DNA of 39,684 nucleotides from a virus (lineage: Duplodnaviria > Heunggongvirae > Uroviricota > Caudoviricetes), in the IMG/VR virus record IMGVR_UViG_2740892027_000001; one strand, written 5' to 3'. The position numbers and the translations under genes are program-made. Position 1 is the first letter of the stretch, and each line of letters starts with the position of its first letter. Under the pieces are notes generated by a model. That model was given only the letters and a program-made list of their open reading frames with translations, was not told the DNA's origin and searched no databases. Shown here one piece after another: positions 27,215 to 35,744 of the stretch.

Positions 27215-28402
27215 TTAGCCACGGTTAACCTCCTTCGGCGGTTCTGGTAGAGGCATCCAGTACAAGGCGTTCCCTAACCACGATAAAGTGCCGTCGCTCA
27301 ACTCCACGTATTCCCCTTGTACCTGTCCTGCCATATACTCGCCGTGCTTTGAATAAATTAAAATCCAATCATCTTGAGCGGGCATTCGCTCACTACAGCT
27401 TATCCAACTATCCGGAGTTACCGGATAGTTGCCAGCCAGTCTACGCAAAACAGCCTTAACAGCCTCAATACGGTCATCATCGCAATTTTCCAGCGTATCT
27501 ATGCGGTCGAGCATGATGATGGCGTTATCAATATCAGGATTGCCAGTCCACTCATTATCGCGATTGGATTCGGCAGCCTGGTTGCCAGATGCTGGCTGAT
27601 TGTCGGCTTGGCTATAGCTAACAGCACGGCAGGCATCCTCTACGCCTTTAACTGCATCTGCACAGTAGTTATAGCGATTGCATTCCACTAACTTCTGCTT
27701 GAGATTTTCAATTGCTTGCGCGACATCAGCCTGTATTTCTGGAACTGGCGGAACGGCTGTCTGCTGCTCTCGAACGTCATTAGGCGCTATAGGTTCTGCT
27801 GCCAACTGACTGGCATATTTGTTAATGGTAACGATAAGCTCTTGCTCAGCCTCATCCAGACAATCACCGATACCTCGCCTGTCACCGTCAAAATCATCGA
27901 AATCGGCACGAATCTTGGCAACCTTCTGGATTGCGGACAACACCTCACTAGGAATTACCGGATAGTTGGTTGACGTTTCCGCGATTTCCCGAAAATTATT
28001 GGTTGACGAATTCTTGTTTTCCCGAAAGTTTCCGGACTGAAGCATGGCGGCGCGGCAGGCGTTCCAGCCATCTGCGTAACAATCTCTGTGTGTCTTGAAA
28101 TATGTCACCGCCCTTGGCACATCGTTTACGTCTATTTCATCCGGCACAACCGGCGCAGGTGAGTCAGCATAAACAGGAATAACGTCCGGTTGCTCTTTAT
28201 TGCTTTCATCCGTTAAAGCCCAGAATAATTTCCCGGCCGGATGTTTGAAAATATAAGCAACTGGTTCTGCTTCCAGTGATGCCAGCGCAATTTTGTATAC
28301 TTCCAGATCCATTTGTGCAGTTACTAAATCAGGATAACGATCCATAACCGTTATATTGCGCTTAATCATCTCTATTAATTGTTCTTTAGTAAAAGTGGTC
28401 AT
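27215..28402 (-). CDS. Hypothetical protein with C-terminal DUF551-like domain
   Basis: 395 aa; C-terminal WISCSERMP...WMPLPEP region resembles the DUF551 domain common in lambdoid nin/ea regions (recalled). Confidence 0.5.
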   Translation of the reverse strand: MTTFTKEQLIEMIKRNITVMDRYPDLVTAQMDLEVYKIALASLEAEPVAYIFKHPAGKLFWALTDESNKEQPDVIPVYADSPAPVVPDEIDVNDVPRAVTYFKTHRDCYADGWNACRAAMLQSGNFRENKNSSTNNFREIAETSTNYPVIPSEVLSAIQKVAKIRADFDDFDGDRRGIGDCLDEAEQELIVTINKYASQLAAEPIAPNDVREQQTAVPPVPEIQADVAQAIENLKQKLVECNRYNYCADAVKGVEDACRAVSYSQADNQPASGNQAAESNRDNEWTGNPDIDNAIIMLDRIDTLENCDDDRIEAVKAVLRRLAGNYPVTPDSWISCSERMPAQDDWILIYSKHGEYMAGQVQGEYVELSDGTLSWLGNALYWMPLPEPPKEVNRG

Positions 28403-28412
28403 TCGTTATGCC

Positions 28413-28610
28413 TCAATACACAAAATCTGTTTTAAATTCATGGTTACATTCTGGACAGCATGTTTCGTAACCTTTTATTTCTTCACATGCCTGTTTTGCT
28501 CCAGAAAATTCCCAGAAATCTGGATCGCAAAGCAGATCGAAATTGTGACCGCATTTTGGGCATTCGGTATCAAGTGACAGATTCCAGTAAGCAGTGGTGT
28601 TTTTATCCAT
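28413..28610 (-). CDS. Small zinc-ribbon protein
   Basis: 65 aa with CPKCGH and CCPECNH motifs. Confidence 0.45.
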   Translation of the reverse strand: MDKNTTAYWNLSLDTECPKCGHNFDLLCDPDFWEFSGAKQACEEIKGYETCCPECNHEFKTDFVY

Positions 28611-28611
28611 A

Positions 28612-29361
28612 TCACTCTCCTTTGATGCGAATGCCAGCGGCGCGGATTGCAGCGATGACTTCAGAAACTTTGTATGCCATTACCGTTTGGTAATCATCGT
28701 GAAAATCTGTTCGATGAAGCATGCTGCTACGTTCCGGGAGCGATATTTCCCGAGCATCCAGTTCCTTAACGCGTTCCTCCAGTTCGTAGACCCTGCATTG
28801 TTCTCTATCATCAATCAGATATAACCCAAGACATTCGCTTTCTACCCAACCGCCAAAATCATGATCGTAACGCTCACATGAAAACTCACCGTCACCGTCC
28901 TTTGTTGGAATGGTGTAACTATCTAATGGGCCACCATATGTCGGCACATTCCCCAATGTTGGATGCTCAATCCACATGAAAAATGCACGTCCGGTTATTG
29001 GGCAAATATCTGGCCGCCATTGGTTACGAACAGCCTTGGTTTCGGATAATTCTTCAGCGTGTTGTTTTACTTCCTCAAGCTCAACTCTCAGCTTCCCAAC
29101 CGTAAGAGCAATATCCTCGTTCTCCTGATCGCGGCGTTTTATGTATTGCTGGTTTCTTTCCCGTTCATCCAGCAGCGCCAGCACGGTTTCTGGTCCGGTC
29201 AGAAATTTGAAGGCGTTGAGCGCATCAATATCCACGCCGTAATCTTTAAGTTCCTGTTCGCTTATCAGATCATCATCAGCTGGCAACATTAACAGGCGTT
29301 CCATTGCCGGAATTGCACGCTCTGCCGCCTCACGCAGTGCCTGATAATCAATCTTGCTCAC
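28612..29361 (-). CDS. Ead/Ea22-like family protein
   Basis: 249 aa; N-terminus MSKIDYQALREAAERA is characteristic of Ea22-like proteins of enterobacterial lambdoid prophages. Confidence 0.6.
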   Translation of the reverse strand: MSKIDYQALREAAERAIPAMERLLMLPADDDLISEQELKDYGVDIDALNAFKFLTGPETVLALLDERERNQQYIKRRDQENEDIALTVGKLRVELEEVKQHAEELSETKAVRNQWRPDICPITGRAFFMWIEHPTLGNVPTYGGPLDSYTIPTKDGDGEFSCERYDHDFGGWVESECLGLYLIDDREQCRVYELEERVKELDAREISLPERSSMLHRTDFHDDYQTVMAYKVSEVIAAIRAAGIRIKGE

Positions 29362-29798
29362 TGGTTGCCTCCTTTGCGAAGCTGTTCAGCAATACTTACG
29401 CATATCTCTGCGCCTCTAATCAGCCCCGGAACGTTCTTGTTTGGCCCAACTTCACCATCGACAAAATCAATCATCGCGTTACGAGCCATATCCACACCCT
29501 GCGCCCGCACTTCAGCAAGGGAGGCGTCGGTGGCTGGGGTTTCTGGCATACAGTCAGCAGCGTCGAAATACTCTTCACTTTTGTCATCCCAAATCCAGCA
29601 ATCATCTTTGATGAACTTGTTCAGCCCCGCATTCTCCGCTGCCAGCGCATTAGCACGCACCAGTTGCACTTCCAGTTGCGTTGCCAAATCGCTGATCAGC
29701 TTTGCCACACTGCGCATATCAACGGCACCACATTCTGCTTTCAGTTCCGAAGCCATCTCATGCCCGGCGGCAACTAACCCTTTGATATTACTTTCCAT
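29358..29798 (-). CDS. Hypothetical protein
   Basis: 146 aa, 4-nt overlap with downstream gene. Confidence 0.5.
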   Translation of the reverse strand: MESNIKGLVAAGHEMASELKAECGAVDMRSVAKLISDLATQLEVQLVRANALAAENAGLNKFIKDDCWIWDDKSEEYFDAADCMPETPATDASLAEVRAQGVDMARNAMIDFVDGEVGPNKNVPGLIRGAEICVSIAEQLRKGGNQ

Positions 29799-29859
29799 CT
29801 TTACCCTCGCTTATCCACATAACTTATTGATTACACTGATAACTAAAAAGATCGTCGAT

Positions 29860-30204
29860 TCAGAACTCTTCGATGTTCCAGCCACCACCTGCTTTCTTTG
29901 GTTTAACCGTTACCCCGATGATTCGGAACGGATACTGATCTGCGGCGACTTTGGTTTTCACCCTGGCGTCGTCGGTCCAGAAACCTTTCACTTCGTGCAG
30001 TTCCATCTCGCCGGTGGCGAGCATCACAGCAAAATCGGGCGTATAGAACGTGTTGTCAGCTAACCGTAGCTTGATACCCTCGAATCGATACCAGGCGATT
30101 TCCCCTGCACGTTTACGAAGCTCAAGGTGCTGGCAATACGCAGATTCTGTTTTGTTCATCTGGCCTGTTTTGAGTCGACCAAGAGCCTGTATCTGTTTTC
30201 TCAT
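29860..30204 (-). CDS. Small PD-(D/E)XK-type protein (DUF1064-like putative nuclease)
   Basis: 114 aa; TPDFAV...EMELHEVKG fits the D...E-x-K restriction-endonuclease-fold motif. Confidence 0.5.
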   Translation of the reverse strand: MRKQIQALGRLKTGQMNKTESAYCQHLELRKRAGEIAWYRFEGIKLRLADNTFYTPDFAVMLATGEMELHEVKGFWTDDARVKTKVAADQYPFRIIGVTVKPKKAGGGWNIEEF

Positions 30205-30207
30205 GAT

Positions 30208-30222
30208 TTACCCCTGAGGTAA
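30208..30222. promoter_or_regulatory. Operator-like palindrome TTACC-cctga-GGTAA
   Basis: Perfect inverted repeat 4 nt upstream of the start codon of ORF 29860-30204. Confidence 0.5.
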
Positions 30223-30269
30223 TTAAAAACCACATAAGACACGAAATCAATAGATCTTAGAACATTTTA

Positions 30270-30284
30270 TTACCTAGCAGGTAA
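30270..30284. promoter_or_regulatory. Operator-like palindrome TTACC-tagca-GGTAA (full ATTACC-N5-GGTAAT)
   Basis: Perfect 6-bp arms; in the intergenic region downstream of the P-like gene. Confidence 0.5.
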
Positions 30285-30321
30285 TTATCAAGACGTAAAA
30301 AAATGCGCTATCGCGCTGGTA

Positions 30322-31122
30322 TTACTTGATAAATCCTGCCGCCTTTCCCCGCCTGTATTCCTCCATCAGCCACTGCGCCGGTGTTATTCCCCCCAGGGTA
30401 GCGGCGTTAGGCATACACCCGAAACTTCGCCCTGGTGGATGGTAAACGTCTCTCCCTGTGTCCGGAGGCGTACTCATGGGTTCTGGCTTTGCCTGTATGC
30501 TGATCACCGGATCGGGTATCTGCTGTCCGGAAGCCACCTTTTTCGCCCAATCATCGAGCAGCCTGCGCGCGTGTTTCTCAACCTCAATCTCGCTAAGCTG
30601 GCGCTGATACATTGCACGGCGGGTATCACATACGACCCAGTACATAACCGGATGTCGCCACGGGAATCTTTCGGGACCACCAGGATATAAACTTTTTTCC
30701 TTGCTGTACCGGTGAAACTCCGCCATCACATCGTCAATGGTGACGCCAAGAACCATCTTGCTGTCTTTACACCACTTGATGAATTGCCCTGGCGACGGCC
30801 AGAACGGAGACTCACTGGCGCGGGCGTGGCGCATACCAGCAGAAACCTGTTCACGGGTTCGGATCCCCCCTTCGGCAAACGCAGCAATCCACTGCTGTTT
30901 TGCAGCGACTTCCTGCTCTGGCGTCTTCAGGTTGGTTACCACTGCCGCCGGAAACAGTTGTTTCAGCTGTTTGAAAAGGGCATCAACAAGCCTCTCTGCT
31001 GACATGTTCACCACATTGTCATTGTTGACGTACTGATGCTCATAACCTGACATGCGAGAAAGGGCTTCTCCGTCACGGTTTTGTATCGCGGTAAAAACGT
31101 TGTTCACAAGAAATCCTCCCAT
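30322..31122 (-). CDS. Replication protein P-like (DnaB helicase loader)
   Basis: 266 aa; GMRHARASESPFWPSPGQFIKWC and SLYPGGPERFPWRHPVMYWVV match lambda P motifs GMRVARRQNRPFLPSPGQFVAWC and GLYPDAESYPWKSNAHYWLV (recalled). Start codon uncertain because of 19-nt overlap with the O-like gene. Confidence 0.75.
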   Translation of the reverse strand: MGGFLVNNVFTAIQNRDGEALSRMSGYEHQYVNNDNVVNMSAERLVDALFKQLKQLFPAAVVTNLKTPEQEVAAKQQWIAAFAEGGIRTREQVSAGMRHARASESPFWPSPGQFIKWCKDSKMVLGVTIDDVMAEFHRYSKEKSLYPGGPERFPWRHPVMYWVVCDTRRAMYQRQLSEIEVEKHARRLLDDWAKKVASGQQIPDPVISIQAKPEPMSTPPDTGRDVYHPPGRSFGCMPNAATLGGITPAQWLMEEYRRGKAAGFIK

Positions 31123-31937
31123 GCTTCAGGGCTGTTCCAGTGCGGAACGTTGTTATCAGGTAATGTTGATTGCTTCTGTCTGCTAATCTGCAGCCGCCTT
31201 GCCAGCTTCTGCTCCCACTGTGCCTGATGGTATGCCTTACCCTCAGCCATCCAGTAAATTCTGAACTCTGCAAGTTCCTGTGCCGTTGGCAGACTGTCCA
31301 GGTAGATCCCCTGCAATGAGCTTTTCCGAAGAAAGTCATCTGATGGCTGCCATTGTTCATGCATGACAAATTTGCCTAATTGCCCTGGCCCACCAGGAGG
31401 AACAAAGTTATTCATCACGGCGTTGTTTGCGTCGGGGTCATGAGGCACAGAATCCCCGTTTTTTGTCCTGCTCTCCCTCTCTTGGTTAAATGACTGGTTA
31501 TATGACTGGTTCTGGATCCCGTTTTTGGGATCATTCAACATCCCGTTTTTGGGATCATTCAACATCCCGTTTTTGGGTATATTCCCGTTTTCGGTAACAT
31601 TACCGTTTTCGGTAACATTACCGTTTTCGGGTTCATTGCCCCCCTCCCGGTTGCCTTTAATGTTCCCGTTTTTGGTTATATTAAGAGAGAAAACCCGCAC
31701 TCTTTTTGTCGCTCCCTTTCTCTCTCCGGTATCTGAAATAAGCCCCATTTTCATGAGCGATATAAGCCCGGCCTGCACGGTTTTTTTATTCAGACAAGTG
31801 TCTTTAACGAGGCGTTCTATGCTGGGGTAGCAGAGGTTATATTCATCGGCTCTGTCAGCCATCGAGAGCAGTATGAGCTTTAATGACGAGCTACCTGGAT
31901 CTGTCTCCCAGGCCCAATCTGTTGCATGTCTGCTCAT
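31104..31937 (-). CDS. Replication initiator, lambda O-like, with origin iterons inside the gene
   Basis: 277 aa; N-terminal winged-helix-like region; central repetitive peptide NGNVTENGNVTENG...PKNGMLNDPKNGMLNDPKNG encoded by DNA iterons; immediately upstream of the P-like gene. Confidence 0.65.
   Translation of the reverse strand: MSRHATDWAWETDPGSSSLKLILLSMADRADEYNLCYPSIERLVKDTCLNKKTVQAGLISLMKMGLISDTGERKGATKRVRVFSLNITKNGNIKGNREGGNEPENGNVTENGNVTENGNIPKNGMLNDPKNGMLNDPKNGIQNQSYNQSFNQERESRTKNGDSVPHDPDANNAVMNNFVPPGGPGQLGKFVMHEQWQPSDDFLRKSSLQGIYLDSLPTAQELAEFRIYWMAEGKAYHQAQWEQKLARRLQISRQKQSTLPDNNVPHWNSPEAWEDFL
31515..31638. repeat. Replication-origin iterons (six tandem repeats with core CCGTTTT(T/C)GG)
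   Basis: Three copies of a 24-bp unit CATCCCGTTTTTGGGATCATTCAA then three of an 18-bp unit CCGTTTTCGGTAACATTA; a second short repeat ATGACTGGTT x2 at 31481-31510. Confidence 0.65.
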
Positions 31938-31952
31938 GATTAATCTCCGCTA

Positions 31953-32216
31953 TCAGCTTGAATGTTGTGGGGAGGAATTAATCATGATCTGCTTAATCTC
32001 TGCCCTGATACGACGGTTTGATTCCATGGTGCACTCAACACAGTGTCCGTTGTAAACCCAGCGTTCACTGTCATGTCCGTGCTTACATGTTTTTCCGGTG
32101 TAGTAGCGTTTAAGTCCGCGCTTTGCGGCATCAATACGTGTAATGATTTCCATGGTAAGCCCTGTTATTAGTATTGGGATTACGGTCATTTTGTGCTGAC
32201 ACAAAAAAAAGATCAA
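31953..32216 (-). CDS. Small zinc-finger protein (cII-like position)
   Basis: Up to 87 aa (true start probably internal); CKHGH...CVEC motif; between Cro-like and O-like genes. Confidence 0.4.
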   Translation of the reverse strand: MIFFLCQHKMTVIPILITGLTMEIITRIDAAKRGLKRYYTGKTCKHGHDSERWVYNGHCVECTMESNRRIRAEIKQIMINSSPQHSS

Positions 32217-32233
32217 CCAGATTTGGTTTTTTA

Positions 32234-32276
32234 TTACCTTTGAGGTGCGAATAGATATGAAAAGACCGCCGGGTGG
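32234..32276 (-). promoter_or_regulatory. Terminator-like hairpin after cro-like gene plus degenerate operator-like site
   Basis: Minus-strand hairpin GACCGCC-acc-CGGCGGTC + TTTTC at 32259-32276; imperfect TTACC-tttga-GGTGC at 32234-32248. Confidence 0.35.
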
Positions 32277-32303
32277 CGGTCTACAGAGGGTTGTGGCTGG
32301 ATA

Positions 32304-32534
32304 TCATGAGTAGAAGAAGTATGCCAGTTCTGCTTTTGAGCGCAGCCATTGTCTTGTTTTACAGGCTTTAAAAAGCCCATTCATCAATACTTTACCTGGC
32401 ATTTTGCGCTTACCTGTTAAGTGAGTCTGGATATAGTGACTCGTCGTTCCGGCTTCCTGTGCGAAGGCTTCACGCTCATCCGGAGTAAGTGCAAGCCAGT
32501 GCTTTTTGAAATCGAAATGTCCGTTATCGCTCAT
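32304..32534 (-). CDS. Cro-like HTH regulator
   Basis: 76 aa; helix-turn-helix-like EAFAQEAGTTSHYIQTHLTGKRK; first gene of the rightward early operon, divergent from the repressor gene across the operator cluster. Confidence 0.55.
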   Translation of the reverse strand: MSDNGHFDFKKHWLALTPDEREAFAQEAGTTSHYIQTHLTGKRKMPGKVLMNGLFKACKTRQWLRSKAELAYFFYS

Positions 32535-32570
32535 AGCTATTGCCTGATATTTATTTCAGATAATAAATAT

Positions 32571-32633
32571 TCACCCATAAGGTAACAAAAATCAAGGATA
32601 GTTACCTATGGGGTGCATTTACCTGTTGGGTAA
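32571..32633. promoter_or_regulatory. Immunity-region operator cluster: three sites between divergent cro-like and repressor genes
   Basis: TCACC-cataa-GGTAA (32571-85), TTACC-tatgg-GGTGC (32602-16) and perfect TTACC-tgttg-GGTAA (32619-33); a -35/-10-like TTGATT-N17-GAATAT for the cro-like gene overlaps the first site. Confidence 0.6.
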
Positions 32634-32688
32634 TATTGCTTTAAATTGAATCATCTACTGATTCATATACGAGGCGATTTTCCAGAAA

Positions 32689-33273
32689 ATGAAAAGTATC
32701 CAGGACGTCCGCAGGCAAAATCTCAACGACTTGATCGACCGTGAATTCAATGGTGTTCAGACGCGGATGGCAGAAAAACTTGGAACTCAGGCAAATCTGG
32801 TAAACCGCTGGGCTCTTGGTAAGAAGGTTATCGGCGATCAGGTTGCGCGAAAAATTGAAGCTGCCGCCAATAAACCCCGTAACTGGCTTGATATCGATCG
32901 CTCGCTTTCTCAGGAAGGTTTTCAGCCTGTCGGCCCAAGCGACATTGGCCAGCTGGCGGCTCACAACCTGGAACGCTGGATGAGCGAAAGCCGCGACCTT
33001 TCAACACAGGGAAAACTTCACCGCGCATCCGGCGTAGCCCAGGTGACAATCAGCCGCCTGTTAAACAATGAGGTCAGCGTTTCCATTTCCACCCTGGAGA
33101 ATGTTGCATCTGCATTCGGGCGTCACGGATATGAACTACTGATTCACCCGCACGACCCTGCAACTATCAACTATGACCGCTCGCGCTACGCATTGTTACC
33201 TGAAACAGAGAAAGCAAAGATCGAAAGTTACATTGAATTTGTCATCAACCAGAACGAAAAAAGCAAACAATAA
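32689..33273 (+). CDS. Prophage repressor candidate (two HTH domains, no S24 peptidase domain)
   Basis: 194 aa; HTH at QTRMAEKLGTQANLVNRWALGKK and a second at KLHRASGVAQVTISRLLNNEV; divergent from the cro-like gene; followed by a strong terminator. Confidence 0.6.
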   Translation: MKSIQDVRRQNLNDLIDREFNGVQTRMAEKLGTQANLVNRWALGKKVIGDQVARKIEAAANKPRNWLDIDRSLSQEGFQPVGPSDIGQLAAHNLERWMSESRDLSTQGKLHRASGVAQVTISRLLNNEVSVSISTLENVASAFGRHGYELLIHPHDPATINYDRSRYALLPETEKAKIESYIEFVINQNEKSKQ

Positions 33274-33294
33274 AACTATAGTTTTCAGCAAGTA

Positions 33295-33317
33295 AGCCGC
33301 CTCATGGCGGCTTTTTT
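33295..33317 (+). terminator. Intrinsic terminator (AGCCGCC-tcat-GGCGGCT + T6)
   Basis: Strong hairpin plus TTTTTT 22 nt after the repressor stop codon. Confidence 0.7.
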
Positions 33318-33330
33318 ATTGCCAGATAGA

Positions 33331-33345
33331 TTACCTTACGGGTAA
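33331..33345. promoter_or_regulatory. Operator-like palindrome TTACC-ttacg-GGTAA
   Basis: Perfect site immediately after the repressor terminator; same 17-mer as at 5991-6006. Confidence 0.55.
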
Positions 33346-33364
33346 TTTTTTTAACTCATATCTA

Positions 33365-33407
33365 TTGACACCAAACCAAATAAGCATAATTATTACCTCA
33401 ACGGTAA
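33365..33407 (+). promoter_or_regulatory. Candidate early-left promoter (consensus -35 TTGACA at 33365-33370) overlapped by operator TTACC-tcaac-GGTAA (33393-33407)
   Basis: Perfect TTGACA; AT-rich CATAATTATT in the -10 region with ambiguous spacing; operator overlaps the -10/+1 region; plus-strand operon starts downstream. Confidence 0.4.
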
Positions 33408-33426
33408 CAGACCGAGGTAACAAGTT

Positions 33427-33576
33427 ATGCAGTGGAAAATCATCAACGGTTGGTACTGCGTTACTGCATGCGGATTCATGAGCTGGAAGTTCCGCACCTT
33501 ACAGGAAGGCATCAAGTGGGCTTTCATCAGCAAAGAAGCTCGCGATGTGGCAAACGATAACGAGATATGGGAGTAG
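33427..33576 (+). CDS. Small hypothetical protein (first ORF of early-left operon)
   Basis: 49 aa (below the track's 60-aa cutoff); GAGG 8 nt upstream of ATG; co-oriented with the downstream operon. Confidence 0.3.
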   Translation: MQWKIINGWYCVTACGFMSWKFRTLQEGIKWAFISKEARDVANDNEIWE

Positions 33577-33584
33577 GTTAGCAA

Positions 33585-34619
33585 ATGAGTGAATTATCAA
33601 TCATCGAAATCACACCAGACATGGCACCAAGAATTTACGTTGAAAAAGGGCTGGAAAAGTTTCTCGAGCAGATCCGTGAAGGTGTTAATGAAGTGCCTGA
33701 CATTAGCACAGACAAAGGCAGAAAGCGCATTGCATCTCTGGCTGCGAAGGTTTCAAGAAGTAAAACAGCGGTAGAAAAACCAGGACGTGATTATCTGAAA
33801 CGCCTGAAAGAACAGCCGAAAGTAGTTGAAGCAGAGTTACGACGCTTCGTAACCGAATGCGATCGGCTTCGTGATGAAGTACGCCGCCCACTCACCGAGT
33901 GGGAAAATGCTGAGAAATTACGCACTGAAGCACTGCAACAACGCCTGACAAATTTGCGAGCACTAGCTGACGTGATCGATCTCTCCGGAAACTACTTGCC
34001 ATCATCTGATATTCAGGAACGAATTCAAGAGGCTAAATCAGTAGCACTTGATGAAAGTTGGCAGGAGTACGCAGCAGAAGCTGGAGTAGCCAAGGATTCA
34101 ACCATCCAGAAACTGGAAGAATCACTCGCAGTAGCTCAAAAACGCGAGCATGAAGCCGCTGAGCTGGAGCGACTTCGCAAAGAAGCGGAGGAAAAAGCGC
34201 GCATTGAGCGAGAAGAGAATATGCGACGGGAAGCTGCTGAACAGGCCAGGCTCGAAGCTGAACAAAAAGCGAAAGCTGAAATTGAGGCTGCGGCACGCCT
34301 GGCGGCGGAAGAAAAAGCACGTGCTGAAGTAGCAGAACGTCAGCGAATTGAAGCAGAGCAGCGTGCACGACGCGAAAAAGAAGAAGCCGTTGCCGAGGAA
34401 CGCCGACGCCAAGAGGCGGCAGAAAAAGCCCGCCTTGACGAACAGAAGCGTATCGCCGACGAAGAAGCGCGCCGAGCTGCAGATAAAGAGCATCGCCGTA
34501 CCGTTAACCGCAGAGTAATCGCAGATCTGATAGCCCAAGGCATTCACGAAGAATTCGCGCAGAAAGCAATGTTGGCTATCGCTGGCGGCAAAGTGCAGGA
34601 CGCGTATATCAAATATTGA
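33585..34619 (+). CDS. Coiled-coil protein with Glu/Ala/Lys/Arg-rich repeat region
   Basis: 344 aa; globular N-terminal about 160 aa then long AEEKARxEAEQ-type helical repeats; upstream of recombination genes. Confidence 0.55.
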   Translation: MSELSIIEITPDMAPRIYVEKGLEKFLEQIREGVNEVPDISTDKGRKRIASLAAKVSRSKTAVEKPGRDYLKRLKEQPKVVEAELRRFVTECDRLRDEVRRPLTEWENAEKLRTEALQQRLTNLRALADVIDLSGNYLPSSDIQERIQEAKSVALDESWQEYAAEAGVAKDSTIQKLEESLAVAQKREHEAAELERLRKEAEEKARIEREENMRREAAEQARLEAEQKAKAEIEAAARLAAEEKARAEVAERQRIEAEQRARREKEEAVAEERRRQEAAEKARLDEQKRIADEEARRAADKEHRRTVNRRVIADLIAQGIHEEFAQKAMLAIAGGKVQDAYIKY

Positions 34620-34626
34620 GGTGGGT

Positions 34627-34926
34627 ATGAACGTTAATCAGCAGAAAAATCTTCAAAAAATCATGCTGGCATTCGACAAGGACTACCGCCTGTCAGAACA
34701 GCTATATGACCGACAAGTTGAACTGATCGATAGCATCCGGCTTCATCAACTGGCCTCAACTTTTGACGCTGTAACAGGCAAAGGAGTTCGCCAGGAAGTA
34801 CTGGAGGCTGCTAAAGACAGCCCTGAGTTCGAAGAACTGATGGATGCCTACCGGCGAGAGGCAATGGCAATTATCGCCCGCTGGGATCTGGCGGATCGGA
34901 TTGATGGGCAGAGGGAAGCGGCATGA
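34627..34926 (+). CDS. Hypothetical protein
   Basis: About 99 aa from ATG 34627 (GAGGTG Shine-Dalgarno); 4-nt overlap with the exonuclease gene. Confidence 0.5.
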   Translation: MNVNQQKNLQKIMLAFDKDYRLSEQLYDRQVELIDSIRLHQLASTFDAVTGKGVRQEVLEAAKDSPEFEELMDAYRREAMAIIARWDLADRIDGQREAA

Positions 34927-35744
34927 AACCGGGAATTTATTTCGACATCAGCAATGAGGACTACCACGCCGGTGACGGCGTGAGTAAGTCGCAACTGGAC
35001 ATGGTTGCCAAGAATCCGGCGCTTCTTAAATGGGTTCAGGCAGCACCAGAAGACGAAGAGAAAAAGTCTGCACTGGATATGGGAACCGCATTGCACTGTC
35101 TGCTTCTGGAGCCTGGAGAGTTCGACAAACGCTTCATTGTTTCACCGAAATTCGATCGTCGGACGAAACAAGGTAAAGCTGACGAAGAGGCATTTCTTCG
35201 TGATGTGGCGGATATGGGGATTACGGTACTTGATGCCGAGCAGTGGCGGAAACTGGAGCTGATGCGTGATAGCGCAATGGCTCACCCGGCGGCACGCTGG
35301 ATGCTGGAAGCCCCTGGTTACTGCGAAGCATCAATGTACTGGAACGATGAAGAGACGGGGGAGTTGTGCCGAATTCGTCCAGACAAATGGCTGAACGAGC
35401 ACAACGTGATCGTCGACGTGAAAAAGGTTGCAGATATGGACCGTTTTGCACGCCACATCGAGGAATTCCGCTACCACGTGCAGGACGCAATGTACCGCGA
35501 AGGCGCAATGAGGGTTACTGGTCAGCCGCATGGTTTTTTCTTTCTTGCCGTGAGCGAAAGCATTGATTGTGGTCGGTATCCGGTACGCGTGTTCGAGCTG
35601 GATGCGCAGGATGTCGATGCCGGGCACGCTCTGTTCCGCCGGGATCTGAATACCTATCACGAATGCCGCATCAATGATGAATGGGGCGGTGTGGAAATCA
35701 TTAAACGCCCTGAGTGGGCACGCAAACAGGATATGTACATATGA
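34923..35744 (+). CDS. RecE-like exodeoxyribonuclease VIII family protein (PD-(D/E)XK exonuclease)
   Basis: 273 aa; IRPDKW...IVDVKKV resembles the D...D/E-x-K nuclease motif; stop overlaps the recT start (ATGA). Confidence 0.6.
   Translation: MKPGIYFDISNEDYHAGDGVSKSQLDMVAKNPALLKWVQAAPEDEEKKSALDMGTALHCLLLEPGEFDKRFIVSPKFDRRTKQGKADEEAFLRDVADMGITVLDAEQWRKLELMRDSAMAHPAARWMLEAPGYCEASMYWNDEETGELCRIRPDKWLNEHNVIVDVKKVADMDRFARHIEEFRYHVQDAMYREGAMRVTGQPHGFFFLAVSESIDCGRYPVRVFELDAQDVDAGHALFRRDLNTYHECRINDEWGGVEIIKRPEWARKQDMYI

Noticed and set aside
31525-31830. Plus-strand ORF with repetitive FNIPFLGSFNIPFLG peptide
   Set aside because: It is the antisense translation of the origin iterons inside the O-like gene, so a repeat artefact.
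33427-33576. Lambda N-like antiterminator as first gene of the early-left operon
   Set aside because: The 49-aa product has no Arg-rich motif and no nut-like boxA/boxB element was recognised; the N analogy is unsupported.
33393-33584. Minus-strand 63-aa ORF in the early-left promoter region
   Set aside because: It runs antisense to the operon context and overlaps the promoter and operator; a plus-strand 49-aa ORF (33427-33576) with a Shine-Dalgarno fits better. Both remain low confidence.
34033-34547. Several antisense ORFs (111, 141 and 67 aa) inside the coiled-coil protein gene
   Set aside because: They arise from low-complexity repeat DNA, give Leu/Phe/Ser/Arg-rich nonsense-like translations, and overlap a well-supported plus-strand gene.
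33585-34619. Calling the coiled-coil protein a TolA homolog
   Set aside because: Resemblance would rest only on Ala/Glu/Lys-rich repeat composition, which is not evidence of homology.
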